Part shown: positions 40,258-53,878 of the stretch, piece after piece
Numbering within the stretch: the first letter of the stretch is position 1
Layout of the letters: every line of letters begins with the position of its first letter
Assembly: GCA_025060615.1 (NCBI GenBank)
Contig: JANXBS010000002.1
Location: 65,244 to 129,243, forward strand
Direction: 5' to 3'
Source: Anaerolineae bacterium
GTDB lineage: Bacteria > Chloroflexota > Anaerolineae > DUEN01
Length of the DNA stretch: 64,000 bases
Program-made: the position numbers and the translations under genes
Notes under the pieces: generated by a model
The model's database searches: none
What the model saw: the letters and a program-made list of their open reading frames with translations, nothing else
Told to the model about the DNA's origin: nothing

Positions 40258-42144
40258 TCAGGTTCCTAAGCGGATAACCGGCAACTCAGTGACCCGAAGC
40301 CGAACACTGCCATAGGGGAGCAACGTCAGCTCCTCATCTGCTTCGCTCGATTCTACCGGGCTGAGAGGTGTCGGCCCGGCTGAGTTCCTGACCAATTGCC
40401 ATTCAGGGATGCGGCGTCCCTTGATGCGTAGTTGTACCGGCGCCTGATCCGGGTGGAAAGGCATATCGCCCACGGGCCTGGTCGTGACCGTGATGGATAG
40501 CTCTGGACGTGATCGGTCAAGCAGCAATCCATAATTCCAAGGTGAGCGCGGGCGCACCTCCCAGTCCGCATGCGGGAGCTCGCCACCGATCTGCTTCCAC
40601 TCCTCCTCGACCTTGAGGGCGAAGACCAGCGGCCCACGTTCCAAACTGACAGCATTCCGATAGCGCGTGGTCGCCCGAATGGACATAGGGAGAGTCAACT
40701 CTACAGAGTCACCAGGTTGCCAGACGCGCTCGATGATATGGAAACCGCCGGCTGACACGGCTTGCGGGGTGTGCTGGCCTACTTGCACGCGCGCCTCAGC
40801 GGCCCAGGCTGGGATACGAAGCCGTAGGGGGAATGCCACAGGCTCATCAGGCATAATGTGAAGACGAACCACACCCTCAAAAGGATACTCGGTTTCCTCC
40901 ACAATTTTGACGAGGACGCCATCCCCTACAATTGCCTGCACCTGTGAAGGGCCGTACGCCACGGCAGCCAGCCCTCCATCAAGCGTGGCCATCCACAGGT
41001 GCTTGACGAACTTAGGCCAGCCCTGATGCATATTAGCCGTGCAACACCCGAAGTTGGGCTCCAATCCAAAGATGTTGGAATCCCAACGGTTGTTGGTCCA
41101 ATGCCGATCATCTACCGTGCACAATACCTGGTTAGCCTGTTGATCGTACTGGTGTGCCCACATGTCCGGCGAGATGGCCGCCGGCAGCGCGTTATACGCC
41201 AGCTTCTCTAGCCGATCTCCAAAGGCCGGATCGCCCAGGATGGCGATCAGGTTCTCCAGCGAGAACATGAACTCAACAACAGCGCACAGCTCGGTGCCTT
41301 GGGTGGGATCAAGGCCAGCCAGGTGCTCATCACCGGTGAACAGCCCCGTCGCTTGGCCGTGGTAGCGGTCCAGGTTCTCCAGCGCGACGTAGACTGCCTG
41401 TCTGTCACGCTCGCTGTGGCTCTGTTGGTACCACACGGCCGGATTCTTGATCGCCATGGCCACGTTGACCACATGGTGCTCGTGGCGGAAGGCGAATGGC
41501 TCGATCTTCGCCCGCCAAGGGAAGCGGTAGAACCACTCGATCCAATCGAAGCCGGCCCCATACTGGCGCGCCGCCAGATCGAGCAGCCACGGCTCGCCTG
41601 TGCGGTTGTACAGCCAGTAGATCGAGAGCACCTGGTCAGCATACCGGACGCCGCGCCAGGTATCCGGTGGAAGATCAGCGGGATGATCCAATTGGCGCCG
41701 GAAGTAGCGAAGCATCAGGGCCAAGACGCGCTCGTCGCCTGTCGCCTCGTGATACTGGGTCAGCGCTTTCAGAGCCACCATCAGAGGCCAGGAATCGCGG
41801 TTCTGGGGCGGTCCGAACCAGCCGTCCTCACGTTGGCTAGCGAGCATGGCCTCCATCCAACGGCGAGCCTTCGCGAGCAGGGCTTCATCTTCCAGCAGGA
41901 AGGCGAGGGGCACCAACCCGTCGCAATAATACGGGCCACGCTCCCAAGCCTCGCCGGTGCCGCCCAGCCAGGCGCTGTTAGGCCCAACGTCCGGCCAGAA
42001 CTCGTCCAGATGGCCGGTGAGCCCATCGGCCTGAAGGCGCAGTTGCCGTAGCAGCCAGCCGCGGGGCTTGACACTACCCAGAGGCAGCGGCACAAAGGCC
42101 GGTGGAAGCAAGGGTTCACGATTGGCAGGATAGAAGATACCCAT
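40258..42144 (-). CDS. Glycoside hydrolase family 127/146-like (beta-L-arabinofuranosidase domain)
   Basis: HVVN, GTELCAVVE and NFGCCTAN Zn/Cys motifs; C-terminal LRIPAWA, RGPLVFAL and LLPYG; no signal peptide. Confidence 0.88.
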   Translation of the reverse strand: MGIFYPANREPLLPPAFVPLPLGSVKPRGWLLRQLRLQADGLTGHLDEFWPDVGPNSAWLGGTGEAWERGPYYCDGLVPLAFLLEDEALLAKARRWMEAMLASQREDGWFGPPQNRDSWPLMVALKALTQYHEATGDERVLALMLRYFRRQLDHPADLPPDTWRGVRYADQVLSIYWLYNRTGEPWLLDLAARQYGAGFDWIEWFYRFPWRAKIEPFAFRHEHHVVNVAMAIKNPAVWYQQSHSERDRQAVYVALENLDRYHGQATGLFTGDEHLAGLDPTQGTELCAVVEFMFSLENLIAILGDPAFGDRLEKLAYNALPAAISPDMWAHQYDQQANQVLCTVDDRHWTNNRWDSNIFGLEPNFGCCTANMHQGWPKFVKHLWMATLDGGLAAVAYGPSQVQAIVGDGVLVKIVEETEYPFEGVVRLHIMPDEPVAFPLRLRIPAWAAEARVQVGQHTPQAVSAGGFHIIERVWQPGDSVELTLPMSIRATTRYRNAVSLERGPLVFALKVEEEWKQIGGELPHADWEVRPRSPWNYGLLLDRSRPELSITVTTRPVGDMPFHPDQAPVQLRIKGRRIPEWQLVRNSAGPTPLSPVESSEADEELTLLPYGSVRLRVTELPVIRLGT

Positions 42145-42164
42145 AACAAGGCCTTCCTCGCTCA

Positions 42165-42203
42165 AAAAAATAAGAGGGGGACTTTTGCTCGATCCCCCCT
42201 CTT
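42165..42203 (-). terminator. Intrinsic terminator after the DUF1858 gene
   Basis: Minus strand AAGAGGGGGA-loop-TCCCCCTCTT followed by ATTTTTTT. Confidence 0.8.
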
Positions 42204-42240
42204 TGCCTTGAACCAGCCGCCCTGTCCGACGAGCTCAGGT

Positions 42241-42708
42241 TCACGAATAGAGGGTGATGTTGGCACGGCGTTGCAGCGAATCCAACATCACCGGCGCCTG
42301 TTCCTCAGCCAGAAGGGCATTCAAGGATTGCAATAGCAGGGATAGATCGGCGCGGCTTTGAGCCGCGGCCGCTTCCAACGTCACCTCTGGGCTGACGGCG
42401 CAGCTCGCGCAGCCGCCGATGTGGAACGCCGCCAGAACTTCGGCCACATCCGGATGTAGGGAGAGCGCCTCACCCACGGTCATGGATGGAGCGAACACCG
42501 CTCCGCCGTTTCGCTCTCGGTACCAATCCACCTTCAACTTGCGGATTTCTGACTGAAGTGTGGCGATCTCCTGACGGATCTCCTCGACCAGACGGTAGTG
42601 GGTGCTGCGCAGGGTTTCCAGGCTTCTCCCGACCTCCCTCCAACGTCGCCAGTTCAACCAGCCCCAACCCACGGCTAACGCCGACAGAGCTAACGCTGCC
42701 CACTCCAT
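42241..42708 (-). CDS. Membrane-anchored DUF1858/ScdA-N-like CxxC domain protein
   Basis: N-terminal TM helix and coiled coil, then MTVGEAL..HP.VAEVL.AFHIGGCASC...TLEAAA. Confidence 0.75.
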   Translation of the reverse strand: MEWAALALSALAVGWGWLNWRRWREVGRSLETLRSTHYRLVEEIRQEIATLQSEIRKLKVDWYRERNGGAVFAPSMTVGEALSLHPDVAEVLAAFHIGGCASCAVSPEVTLEAAAAQSRADLSLLLQSLNALLAEEQAPVMLDSLQRRANITLYS

Positions 42709-42890
42709 GTCACGAACTCCTGTCCGCTCTGTATGATCCTCAAGGCGGGGGAGATCCAAGCAACATAGCTATGCTAACACGGGAGATGGGGGTTTGTCAA
42801 AGCCGTGAGAAAGGCAGCGTGAGCTTCATTCCTCTTCCTTGTGCTATAATTCGTCCAGCGCCGACCCGTCAGACAAGAGGTGAGCAGTCG

Positions 42891-45515
<2,625 letters not shown>

Positions 45516-45585
45516 AAGAGCGTTGCGAAAATCGGCCGAGTGGAATGGGAAACGGCCTAAGGGAGGTTGAGCGAACATTGGATAC

Positions 45586-45606
45586 GGGCGATTCATGAAT
45601 CGCTCC
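45586..45606. repeat. Degenerate REP-like palindrome
   Basis: Perfect 16-bp palindrome GCGATTCATGAATCGC (45588-45603) with decayed GGG/CCC arms. Confidence 0.55.
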
Positions 45607-45633
45607 CTCCCTTTACACCCACAACACCGACGC

Positions 45634-45668
45634 AAAAGCAGGAGCACGGCGGAGATCGTGCTCCTGCT
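45634..45668 (-). terminator. Terminator hairpin between convergent mutS and Schlafen-like gene
   Basis: AGCAGGAGCACG-loop-CGTGCTCCTGCT with an A-run on the left (T-run on the minus strand). Confidence 0.7.
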
Positions 45669-45729
45669 GGTCAAGGCTTTTTAGACATCCGCTGAGGCGC
45701 TCGGAAGCGGCACGTGGATGGCTTGCAAT

Positions 45730-47145
45730 TTATTTCAGAATGTAGTACGTCGCTCGCTTCTCGCCGATCTTGAGGAGCAAGCCTTTGTCCACCAGATCGG
45801 CGAGATCACGGCGGATGGTCTCATCGGAGACCTCGGGGAAGAGAGCGCGCATCTCTGAGTTGGTGATGCGTCCGTGCTCGCTCAGATAGGCCAACGCTTT
45901 CTCCTGCCGTGGATTGAGCAGAATGTGCCCCCAACGCTGAGCTTCCGGCCGAGAGTTGACCAGGTTTGCCCCATGTCCGATCAGTGTCACCTTGAAGCCG
46001 GCCGCTGTCTCCTCGAAACGGGGCGGCGGCAACCCCTCCTGTTCCATCGAGCGGATCATGCGGTCAATCCCGTAGCCCAGCCGTTCGATGAATCCCATGT
46101 CGGACAGCACTTGGACGATGGCCTCGTTGCGCGAGAAGCGCTCTTCCACCAGGTTCTCCAGGGTGACATGGCCGGGCAGGCGGCCGGGGGAATACACCTC
46201 CATCCGATCGCTAAACATGAGGACGCGGATGCTGTCGCCGCGGATGCCATAGTCGCGGTGAGCCACCGCGTTCACGATGGCCTCGCGCACGACGGGCAGC
46301 GGGTATTCCGTGCGCTCCTCCCGTTCTAGCCCGGCGATACGCATCCCTCGCCGCATGTTGGCGGCGACGAAGGCCTCGGCGCGACGGATCTGCTCAGCAA
46401 GAGGGCCGCGGATGTCCTCACGTACGAACTCGTCCGCCATGTCTAGGCCAGCATAACGCACCGCGATGATCTCCGCCGACCGCACGAACTGCTGCGGCTT
46501 GCGGCCGAAGAGTAGAATGCCAGCGTAAGTAGGAATCAACGTGCCATCCTCCTGACGCACCGCGCATCCACGCGCCAGAAGGACCTCGTTCAGGTCTTCG
46601 GCGGCGAAGGCTTCGAGCTGTCGCGCGTACTGGGCTACGGCATCCATATCGAGATCGGCCAGGGTGGCCCCCACGACCGGCTGCGCTTCGAAGCCGGCCT
46701 CGCCGCGGTCTAACAGCAGATGGCGCAGCTCCGAGGCCGTCAACGGGCGGTTGTGGGCACCCGTGCGTGTCAGGAACTGTCCTTTGAAGCTGTACACATG
46801 GGGAAGGCCAGAGGGCACGGTGACCACGCATAAAGGTTGGCCGTCCACCGTAACGATCGTGGGCAGAGGCAAAATCAAGGGAGGATCCACCATGAGCGCC
46901 GCAGCTAGCGCACGCTCACGAATCTCGGCAGGATTGCGCAGGCCGGGGCCGGTCTGCGCTGTCAAGTCGCGTCCTACTGCGCCGATCAGAAGGACGCCGC
47001 CATGCGTGTTAGCCAGCGCGACCAACGTCTCCGCCAGCTTGCGCGGCGAGCTGCTGGCCGATGCAAAGGCCACGGTCTCGCTTTGGCCCTGCGCCAGCCA
47101 GGTGCGCACTTCATCGGGAGTAAGTTGGGCGCGTCCCAGGCTCAT
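45730..47145 (-). CDS. Schlafen/AlbA_2-like + RecG-C-like ATP-binding (HATPase_c_4) + C-terminal wHTH protein
   Basis: [29 protein letters not shown]...[11 protein letters not shown] and [13 protein letters not shown] motifs. Confidence 0.88.
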   Translation of the reverse strand: MSLGRAQLTPDEVRTWLAQGQSETVAFASASSSPRKLAETLVALANTHGGVLLIGAVGRDLTAQTGPGLRNPAEIRERALAAALMVDPPLILPLPTIVTVDGQPLCVVTVPSGLPHVYSFKGQFLTRTGAHNRPLTASELRHLLLDRGEAGFEAQPVVGATLADLDMDAVAQYARQLEAFAAEDLNEVLLARGCAVRQEDGTLIPTYAGILLFGRKPQQFVRSAEIIAVRYAGLDMADEFVREDIRGPLAEQIRRAEAFVAANMRRGMRIAGLEREERTEYPLPVVREAIVNAVAHRDYGIRGDSIRVLMFSDRMEVYSPGRLPGHVTLENLVEERFSRNEAIVQVLSDMGFIERLGYGIDRMIRSMEQEGLPPPRFEETAAGFKVTLIGHGANLVNSRPEAQRWGHILLNPRQEKALAYLSEHGRITNSEMRALFPEVSDETIRRDLADLVDKGLLLKIGEKRATYYILK

Positions 47146-47247
47146 GGCATAGCAACCCGCTACATAACCTACTGTTAAACCTCGTTCAGCCAACCTTAGC
47201 CTGTAAACGTCCCATCTGCGCGTTTCAGAGAGGTACCAAACAGGGCG

Positions 47248-49767
47248 TCAAGCTTCTGATGCCACCGTAGTAGGCATCGTCACAGGAGTCGGCTGCGGAT
47301 GAGCGGTGGGCACCTTTGGGGTCATCCGCCGCCGACGCGGCCCGGGCTTGGGGGCCGGCTGCAACGGCTCGCTCAACGCAATAGGCAACACCTCATCCAT
47401 ATGCTCGACCAGGACCAAGTTGAGATCGCGCCGCACACGCTTAGGGATCTCCGCCAAGTCCTTCTGGTTCTTTTTGGGGATCACCACGGTCTTCAACCCC
47501 GCCCGATGCGCGGCGAGCACCTTCTCTTTCAGCCCGCCGACCGGCAACACTCGCCCGCGCAGCGTGATTTCCCCTGTCATCCCCACGTCCCGATGCACCG
47601 GGCGCATGCTGAGGGCTGAAATCAGCGCCGTCGCCATGGTAATGCCCGCGCTGGGCCCATCTTTCGGGGTGGCGCCTTCCGGCACATGGATATGGATGTC
47701 TAGCTTGTCGAAATCAATCTTGCCCAGCCCCAATTGCTCTGCGTGGGATCGCGCATACGAGAGCGCTGCTTGGGCCGATTCCTGCATAACCTCGCCGAGC
47801 TGGCCGGTCAGCAACAAGGTCCCCTTGCCAGCCATCAAGGTCACCTCGACGGATAGCAAGTCGCCCCCTGCCTCGGTGACGGCGATACCGGTCGCCACGC
47901 CTACCTGGTCCTTCTCCTCGGCGATGCCGAAGGTGTACTCAGGCGGCCCCAGATAACGGTGCAGGGAAGCTGGCGTGATGTGGTGCGGGGCACGCTTCCC
48001 TTCGGCCACACGGCGCGCCACCTTGCGACAGACCTGGGCGATGCAACGTTCCAGATTGCGCACGCCAGCCTCATACGTGTACTCACGGATGATTGTCCGC
48101 AGCGTCTGCTCCGAGAAGCTCAAGCCATGTCCTTTCAGCCCGTTCTCCTCGATCTGCCGCGGCACCAGGAACTGACGGGCGATCGCCAGCTTCTCCTCCT
48201 CGATGTACCCCGGGAAGTAGATCACCTCCATGCGATCCCGCAGGGCCGGCGGCACCGTATCCAGCACGTTAGCCGTCGTGATAAACATCACCTTGGAAAG
48301 GTCATATGGCACATCCAAGTAGTGATCGCTGAAGGCGTGATTCTGCTCCGGGTCTAGCACTTCCAACAGCGCAGCCGCCGGATCGCCCCGGAAATCTAGG
48401 CCGATCTTGTCCACCTCGTCCAGCATGAAGAGAGGGTTGATCGTACCGGCAGTGCGCATCGTCTGGATGATGCGGCCTGGCATGGCGCCGACGTAGGTAC
48501 GCCGATGTCCGCGGATCTCCGCCTCGTCACGTACGCCGCCCAGAGAGACGCGTACGAACTTACGCCCCAGGGCCTCAGCGATGGAACGACCCATGGAGGT
48601 CTTGCCGGTCCCTGGGGGGCCGACGAAGCAGAGGATCGGTTGGCGCGTCTTGTCAGGGGCCAACTTGCGTACAGCGATGTACTCCAGGATGCGCTCTTTT
48701 GCTTTGGCTAGGCCGTAGTGGTGTTTGTCGAGGACCTTAGCAGCATGCGCGATGTCCATGTTGTCCTCAGTGGCCGTCTTCCAGGGCAACTCGATCAGCC
48801 AGTCGAGGTAGGTGCGGATGATCGCCACCTCGGGCGCAGCCGGCGGCATGCTCGCCAGCCGTTCCAGCTCCTTCTCTGCCTTCTTATAGGCTTCCTCAGG
48901 GAGGCCAGCCGCCTGCAACTTTTCGCGTAGCTCGTTGATCTCGCGCGTCTGCTCATCGGTCTCGCCCAGCTCATGCTGGATCACGCGCATCTGCTCGCGT
49001 AGGAAATACTCCCGCTGCGAGCGATCCATCTCGTTTTGGACCTGCTGATGGATGCGATTTTCCAGCTCGAGCACGTCTAGCTCGCGGCCAAGCAGGACGC
49101 TGAGTCGCTGTAGTCGGACCGTGGTGTCAAAGGTCTCGAGCAGCTCCTGCTTCTCCTCCACATCCAAGTCGAGCACTGAGGCGATGAGATCGGCCAGCCA
49201 ACCCGGCTCTTCTACGTTCATTGCGGCGACGTAGGCTTCCTCGGGTAAGTTGGGGCTGAGCTGAACACACTTTTCAAATAGAGCCAGCACGGCCCGCATT
49301 AGCGCTTCAGTGGCCACTCCCTCGTGATCCTGCTCCCAGACGCTAGTCCCTCGCGCCCGTAGGAAAGGCTCTGTCTGGGTGAACTCGACGATCTGCACAC
49401 GCTGGCGCCCCTGGCTCAGCAAGCTGGTACTGCCGTCCGGCATTCGCAGCGTTCGACCTACGATCACCTCGGTGCCCACAGTATACAAATCATCCGGCCC
49501 TGGGTCCTCTTGATCCTTCTCGCGCTGGGCAACCACCAGGATAGGTAGGTCGGCAGCCATAGCTGCCTCGACAGCGCGCAAAGAGCGATCGCGCCCGATG
49601 AACAGCGGCGCCATCATGCGTGGAAAGATCACCGAGTCTTTCAAAGGCAAAACGACATACTCCTGCTCTCCCTCCACCCGCTCCTCAACCTCGTCATCTA
49701 AAGGGCCGACCATTGGGCCCCAAAAAGACAGCTCTCCAGAGACATCCAGAGATTTACTGGATACCAT
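47248..49767 (-). CDS. lon: ATP-dependent Lon protease
   Basis: GPPGTGKTS Walker [15 protein letters not shown] catalytic Ser and GGLKEK. Confidence 0.98.
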   Translation of the reverse strand: MVSSKSLDVSGELSFWGPMVGPLDDEVEERVEGEQEYVVLPLKDSVIFPRMMAPLFIGRDRSLRAVEAAMAADLPILVVAQREKDQEDPGPDDLYTVGTEVIVGRTLRMPDGSTSLLSQGRQRVQIVEFTQTEPFLRARGTSVWEQDHEGVATEALMRAVLALFEKCVQLSPNLPEEAYVAAMNVEEPGWLADLIASVLDLDVEEKQELLETFDTTVRLQRLSVLLGRELDVLELENRIHQQVQNEMDRSQREYFLREQMRVIQHELGETDEQTREINELREKLQAAGLPEEAYKKAEKELERLASMPPAAPEVAIIRTYLDWLIELPWKTATEDNMDIAHAAKVLDKHHYGLAKAKERILEYIAVRKLAPDKTRQPILCFVGPPGTGKTSMGRSIAEALGRKFVRVSLGGVRDEAEIRGHRRTYVGAMPGRIIQTMRTAGTINPLFMLDEVDKIGLDFRGDPAAALLEVLDPEQNHAFSDHYLDVPYDLSKVMFITTANVLDTVPPALRDRMEVIYFPGYIEEEKLAIARQFLVPRQIEENGLKGHGLSFSEQTLRTIIREYTYEAGVRNLERCIAQVCRKVARRVAEGKRAPHHITPASLHRYLGPPEYTFGIAEEKDQVGVATGIAVTEAGGDLLSVEVTLMAGKGTLLLTGQLGEVMQESAQAALSYARSHAEQLGLGKIDFDKLDIHIHVPEGATPKDGPSAGITMATALISALSMRPVHRDVGMTGEITLRGRVLPVGGLKEKVLAAHRAGLKTVVIPKKNQKDLAEIPKRVRRDLNLVLVEHMDEVLPIALSEPLQPAPKPGPRRRRMTPKVPTAHPQPTPVTMPTTVASEA

Positions 49768-49852
49768 ACCGCGTTCCTCCGGCCAACCGAGATGTTAGCT
49801 AATGATATCACATCCAGACTAAATCTCAAACCAAACGTCATTCCCTCTTTTT

Positions 49853-51268
49853 TTATGTCTTGTAACGTATGAGGTCAGGCAAGGGATCGGCTTCGTATAC
49901 CCAGTCATCTGGTAGCAGATAGGGACAGCGGCGCTCAGCCAGGGCCAGACGTGCAGCCGCAACGACGAAGATCGAGCCCGTTACCAGGATCAGATCCTCT
50001 GGGCCAGCCCAAGCTAGCATTTCGTCTAATCCCTGGGCTATAGTATCGATCACCGAGAGTTCAAGCTCGGGCCGAATCAGATGTGCCAGGTCTATCAACC
50101 GATGTGGATCGGCCGCCCGTGGGTGAAACGACGCCGAGACGATACATCGGCTGGCCAATGGCAGGATCACCTCTAGCATGCCTTGAATATCCTTATCCGC
50201 CGAGGCTCCGAAGATTAGCCCCAAGCGTTGATAGGGGAACCACTGGTGCAGGGCTAGGCATAGCTTTTGAGCAGAATCGGCATTATGGGCACAGTCTACC
50301 ACAATCCAGGGGCGGTGTCCCAGCACCTCCAGGCGCCCAGGCCATCGTGTCCGTCGCATCCCTTCGTAGAGGGCTTCCTCGGCGATGGTCATTCCTAGCT
50401 CTTGTAGCTCGTGTAGCGCGGCCACCGCCACACAAGCGTTATCGAGCTGGTGCCGACCGAGCAGGGGCACGAACAGGTTGGGATAGATGACGCCGTCCGG
50501 CCCATACACCGTGAAGGCCTGTCCGGCCAATTCCAGATCTTTCTGATGATCCCATTGCCATTTATACGGACTTTCGCCGGCAGAGGACGACATGGGCCCC
50601 GTTGTCTCGAGCCGAGCCCCCGCGGTGCGACATACGTCCACGATTACGCGCATCGCCTCATCGGGCTGGGGAGCGGAGATCACCGGCACGCCTGGCTTGA
50701 TGATGCCGGCCTTCTCCCAGGCGATCAAGGAGAGCGTGTGCCCCAAGATCTCCATGTGGTCATAGCTGAGAGAGGTGATCACGCAGACCGCTGACCGCAC
50801 GACATTGGTGGCATCCAGCCGGCCTCCCAGGCCCACCTCCAAGATCGCCCAGTCCACCTCGTTCTCAGCAAAATAGACGAACGCCAGCGCGGTGATCGTC
50901 TCAAAGGTGGTGCGTTCTGGCTCCGCCTCTAGTGCCGGCTTGCATCGCTCTAATAACTCTACCAGATGAGGAACGGGGATGAGCTGACCGTTCAGCCGGA
51001 TGCGCTCGCGGAACGTGTGAAGGTGAGGCGAGGTGAATAGCCCTGTGCGATATCCGGCGTGCCGCAAAACGGATTCAGTAATGGCGGCGGTGGATCCTTT
51101 GCCCTTCGTGCCGGCGATATGGACACAGCGAAAGCGGTGATGGGGGTTGCCCAGGCGTTCGAGCAACCTCTCCATACGGGACAGGTCACGCGGCATGGCG
51201 CCATAAGCACGAGGATATTGGAGAGCCGGGCCGTAAATGTAATCTAAGGCGTTTTGATAAGCGTTCAT
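49853..51268 (-). CDS. folC: Folylpolyglutamate synthase/dihydrofolate synthase
   Basis: HIAGTKGKGST, TSPHL, EVGLGGRLDATNV, EKAGIIK, WPGRLE and DCAHN motifs. Confidence 0.96.
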   Translation of the reverse strand: MNAYQNALDYIYGPALQYPRAYGAMPRDLSRMERLLERLGNPHHRFRCVHIAGTKGKGSTAAITESVLRHAGYRTGLFTSPHLHTFRERIRLNGQLIPVPHLVELLERCKPALEAEPERTTFETITALAFVYFAENEVDWAILEVGLGGRLDATNVVRSAVCVITSLSYDHMEILGHTLSLIAWEKAGIIKPGVPVISAPQPDEAMRVIVDVCRTAGARLETTGPMSSSAGESPYKWQWDHQKDLELAGQAFTVYGPDGVIYPNLFVPLLGRHQLDNACVAVAALHELQELGMTIAEEALYEGMRRTRWPGRLEVLGHRPWIVVDCAHNADSAQKLCLALHQWFPYQRLGLIFGASADKDIQGMLEVILPLASRCIVSASFHPRAADPHRLIDLAHLIRPELELSVIDTIAQGLDEMLAWAGPEDLILVTGSIFVVAAARLALAERRCPYLLPDDWVYEADPLPDLIRYKT

Positions 51269-51459
51269 AGTCTCAAGCCTGTCGTTTGTTAGGCCAAAAA
51301 AGGGGTCGTGGTACCGCGCTGTGCCGTCCGGGCTAGGGCACTGGACCACGCTTGAATCAAGATAAGCCTATCGTCGGACAAGGGGTTCTCGCCTTCCGGG
51401 AGACAAGCGACGAAAGGCGAAGGCTGAGGCTACCTCGCCTTCGCCTCTTGTCGCGAGGG

Positions 51460-52683
51460 TCAAGCGCCGAATTTGGCGAGCCGGCCGGCATGCGCCATCG
51501 CCAACGGCATGATCTCCTTGGCCAGAAGATGCCCCAGGCCGCCCCGCATACATGCGCGCTCGCCAAAGGTGACGCATTCATCGGGGCGCACAGTGGGCCC
51601 CCACAGGAGCAATGGCACCGGATGCCAAGAGTGAGATCGCAGCAGCGCAGGGGTGGAGTGATCACCGGTGACCACCAGCACCGACGGCCGCAGGGCTCGA
51701 ACGCGGCTCATATAGCCGTCTATCTCCTCGATCACCTTTACTTTGGCAGCGAAATCGCCATCTTCGCCGCGGCTATCGGTGTACTTGAAGTGGATGAAGA
51801 AAAAGTCGTACTGATCCCAGTATCGCTCCAGCGTGTCCAGCTCTGAGGCCATGGTGTCGCCCGTCGGCAACACCTCCATGCCACACAGCCGGGCAACCCC
51901 CCGGTACATAGGGTACACGGCGATCGCGGCTGCTTTTAGTTTGTAGATATCCGGAAACTTAGGGATCCCCGGGTCTTTGGCGAGACCACGCAAATTGAGC
52001 GAATTGGCGGGATATTCGTTAGCCAGCACACGACGCGCCTGCTCTAACCAGTCGTTCAGAAGGGCGGCTGTGCGCACGGTATCAGGGTCATCTCGCAGAG
52101 GTTGAACCGGCAATGGCGGCACCCCTGTCCGCTGGGGATCGGTCTCCGAGAGGCCATCGGCTAGCCCTGGGCCACGCACGATCAGGGCGAAACGGTATTC
52201 CTTCACTGGGCGCACGAAGATCTCGTAACCCGGAATGGCTGTTTCCTTCTGGAGCCTTTCGCACAGCCGGGCGCCTACCTCTGAGGCGATACGGCCGGCT
52301 CGCCGGTCCACGATACGTCCCTGTTCGTCCACGGTGCAAAAATTGCCGCGGGCGGCTAAGTCATTGGGCTGCAGAGGAAAGTCAATGCCCAATGCCTCCA
52401 GCACGCCACGGCCGATCTCATACCGCAAGGGGTCATAGCCGAACAGCCCTAAGTGGCCTGGACCACTGCCGGGTGAGATGCCAGGCGCGATCGGGGTACT
52501 GAGGCCCAACGCGCCCTCGCGAGCTAGTTGATCGAGGTTCGGGGTGTGGGCAGCCTCTAGTTCGGTAGGGCCGCCAGGCTCGATCGGCAGCCCTCCCAGG
52601 CCGTCCATCACAGCTAGGACGATTTTGCCTCCATCGGGAAGGGTGCTGGGTTGCGCCAGCTCTCTAATCAGTTCGAGCTCCAT
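51460..52683 (-). CDS. apgM: 2,3-bisphosphoglycerate-independent phosphoglycerate mutase (ApgM type)
   Basis: DGLGG, PGSGPGHL, GRGVLEA, TGDHSTP and HSWHPVP motifs. Confidence 0.94.
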   Translation of the reverse strand: MELELIRELAQPSTLPDGGKIVLAVMDGLGGLPIEPGGPTELEAAHTPNLDQLAREGALGLSTPIAPGISPGSGPGHLGLFGYDPLRYEIGRGVLEALGIDFPLQPNDLAARGNFCTVDEQGRIVDRRAGRIASEVGARLCERLQKETAIPGYEIFVRPVKEYRFALIVRGPGLADGLSETDPQRTGVPPLPVQPLRDDPDTVRTAALLNDWLEQARRVLANEYPANSLNLRGLAKDPGIPKFPDIYKLKAAAIAVYPMYRGVARLCGMEVLPTGDTMASELDTLERYWDQYDFFFIHFKYTDSRGEDGDFAAKVKVIEEIDGYMSRVRALRPSVLVVTGDHSTPALLRSHSWHPVPLLLWGPTVRPDECVTFGERACMRGGLGHLLAKEIMPLAMAHAGRLAKFGA

Positions 52684-52718
52684 GTTGATCGCCTTTCCTC
52701 GCAGAAGATTCGACACAC

Positions 52719-52752
52719 AGTAAGGGGCTAGCCGCCGGGCTAGCCCCTTACT
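52719..52752. repeat. Perfect inverted repeat (REP-like or terminator/stabiliser)
   Basis: AGTAAGGGGCTAGCC-GCCG-GGCTAGCCCCTTACT. Confidence 0.7.
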
Positions 52753-52777
52753 TAGTCGGCGCCGTTCGCTCGGGCTA

Positions 52778-53878
52778 TTACATCAGCCGGATCTCCGTCC
52801 TCGGGTCGAAGAGGTGGATTCGATCCATGTTGATGGCCAGCTCGATCTCATCGCCGGCGCGCGCCTGCGTGCGCGGGTCCACACGAGCGATGAAGCTCTT
52901 GTTGCCGGTCAGGCAGTACAGGAAGATCTCGTTCCCCATCAGCTCGGTCACATCCACGATGGCTTTCATATCTGCTTCCACGATGCCAGGCGCAACATAC
53001 GGCTTAGCGTAGATGTCCTCCGGGCGGATGCCGAAGATCACCTCCTGACCCTTGTACTTCATGTACTGCTGGGCCTTGTCAGGTGGCAACTCAAGCCGGA
53101 AGGACCCGCCATCCAAGTACAGCTTGCCGTCTGACTCCACCAATGTGGCGTCGAAGAAGTTCATGGACGGGCTGCCGATGAAGCCGGCCACGAAGACATT
53201 GCCTGGCGTGTCATAGAGGTGCTGCGGCGTGTCCAGTTGTTGCAAGATGCCATCGCGCATGACCGCGATGCGGGTGGCCATAGTCATGGCCTCCACCTGG
53301 TCGTGGGTCACGTAGATGAAGGTCGTGGCCAGGCGTTGATGCAGCTTGGAGAGCTGAGCTCGCGTCTCCACGCGCAGCTTGGCGTCCAGGTTCGAGAGCG
53401 GCTCGTCGAAGAGGAACACCGCCGGCTCGCGCACGATGGCGCGCCCTACCGCTACGCGCTGTCGCTGGCCACCGGATAGCTGTTTCGGCTTGCGATCGAG
53501 CAAGTTCTCAATGCCCAGGATCTGCGCGGCCTCCCGCACACGCCGATCAATCTCGGCCTTGGGGGTTTTGCGCAGCTTCAGGCCGAACGCCATATTGTCG
53601 TACACGCTCATATGAGGGTAGAGCGCGTAGGACTGGAACACCATGGCGATATCGCGGTCCTTGGGAGGCACGTCGTTCACCAGACGGTCACCGATGTAGA
53701 TGTTACCTTCTGTCACCTCTTCCAGACCAGCGAGCAAGCGTAGAGAGGTCGTCTTGCCGCAGCCTGACGGGCCGACGAAGACCAGGAACTCCTTGTCGGC
53801 GATCTCAAGGGTCAGATCGTTAACCGCGATCACGTCTCCAAAGCGCTTGGTTACATGCTCATAAGTTACACTAGCCAT
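52778..53878 (-). CDS. Multiple-sugar ABC transporter ATP-binding protein (MsmX/MsiK/UgpC family)
   Basis: GPSGCGKT, FQSYALYPH, LSGGQRQR, DEPLSNLDAKLR and a TOBE C-terminus; SD GGAGG; no cognate permease nearby. Confidence 0.95.
   Translation of the reverse strand: MASVTYEHVTKRFGDVIAVNDLTLEIADKEFLVFVGPSGCGKTTSLRLLAGLEEVTEGNIYIGDRLVNDVPPKDRDIAMVFQSYALYPHMSVYDNMAFGLKLRKTPKAEIDRRVREAAQILGIENLLDRKPKQLSGGQRQRVAVGRAIVREPAVFLFDEPLSNLDAKLRVETRAQLSKLHQRLATTFIYVTHDQVEAMTMATRIAVMRDGILQQLDTPQHLYDTPGNVFVAGFIGSPSMNFFDATLVESDGKLYLDGGSFRLELPPDKAQQYMKYKGQEVIFGIRPEDIYAKPYVAPGIVEADMKAIVDVTELMGNEIFLYCLTGNKSFIARVDPRTQARAGDEIELAINMDRIHLFDPRTEIRLM

Noticed and set aside
42486..42890. 135-aa N-terminal extension of MutS in the ORF track; similar extensions for tgt (56747), femAB (30924, 32111), GT4 (20301) and msmX (54031)
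   Set aside because: The extensions overlap neighbouring genes or promoters. Family homology and RBS or promoter positions support the downstream starts.
49768..49852. CIRCE or HAIR heat-shock operator upstream of lon; LexA boxes upstream of ruvB, mutS and polX
   Set aside because: No match to TTAGCACTC-N9-GAGTGCTAA, CTTGAGT-N7-ACTCAAG or GAAC-N4-GTTC was seen.
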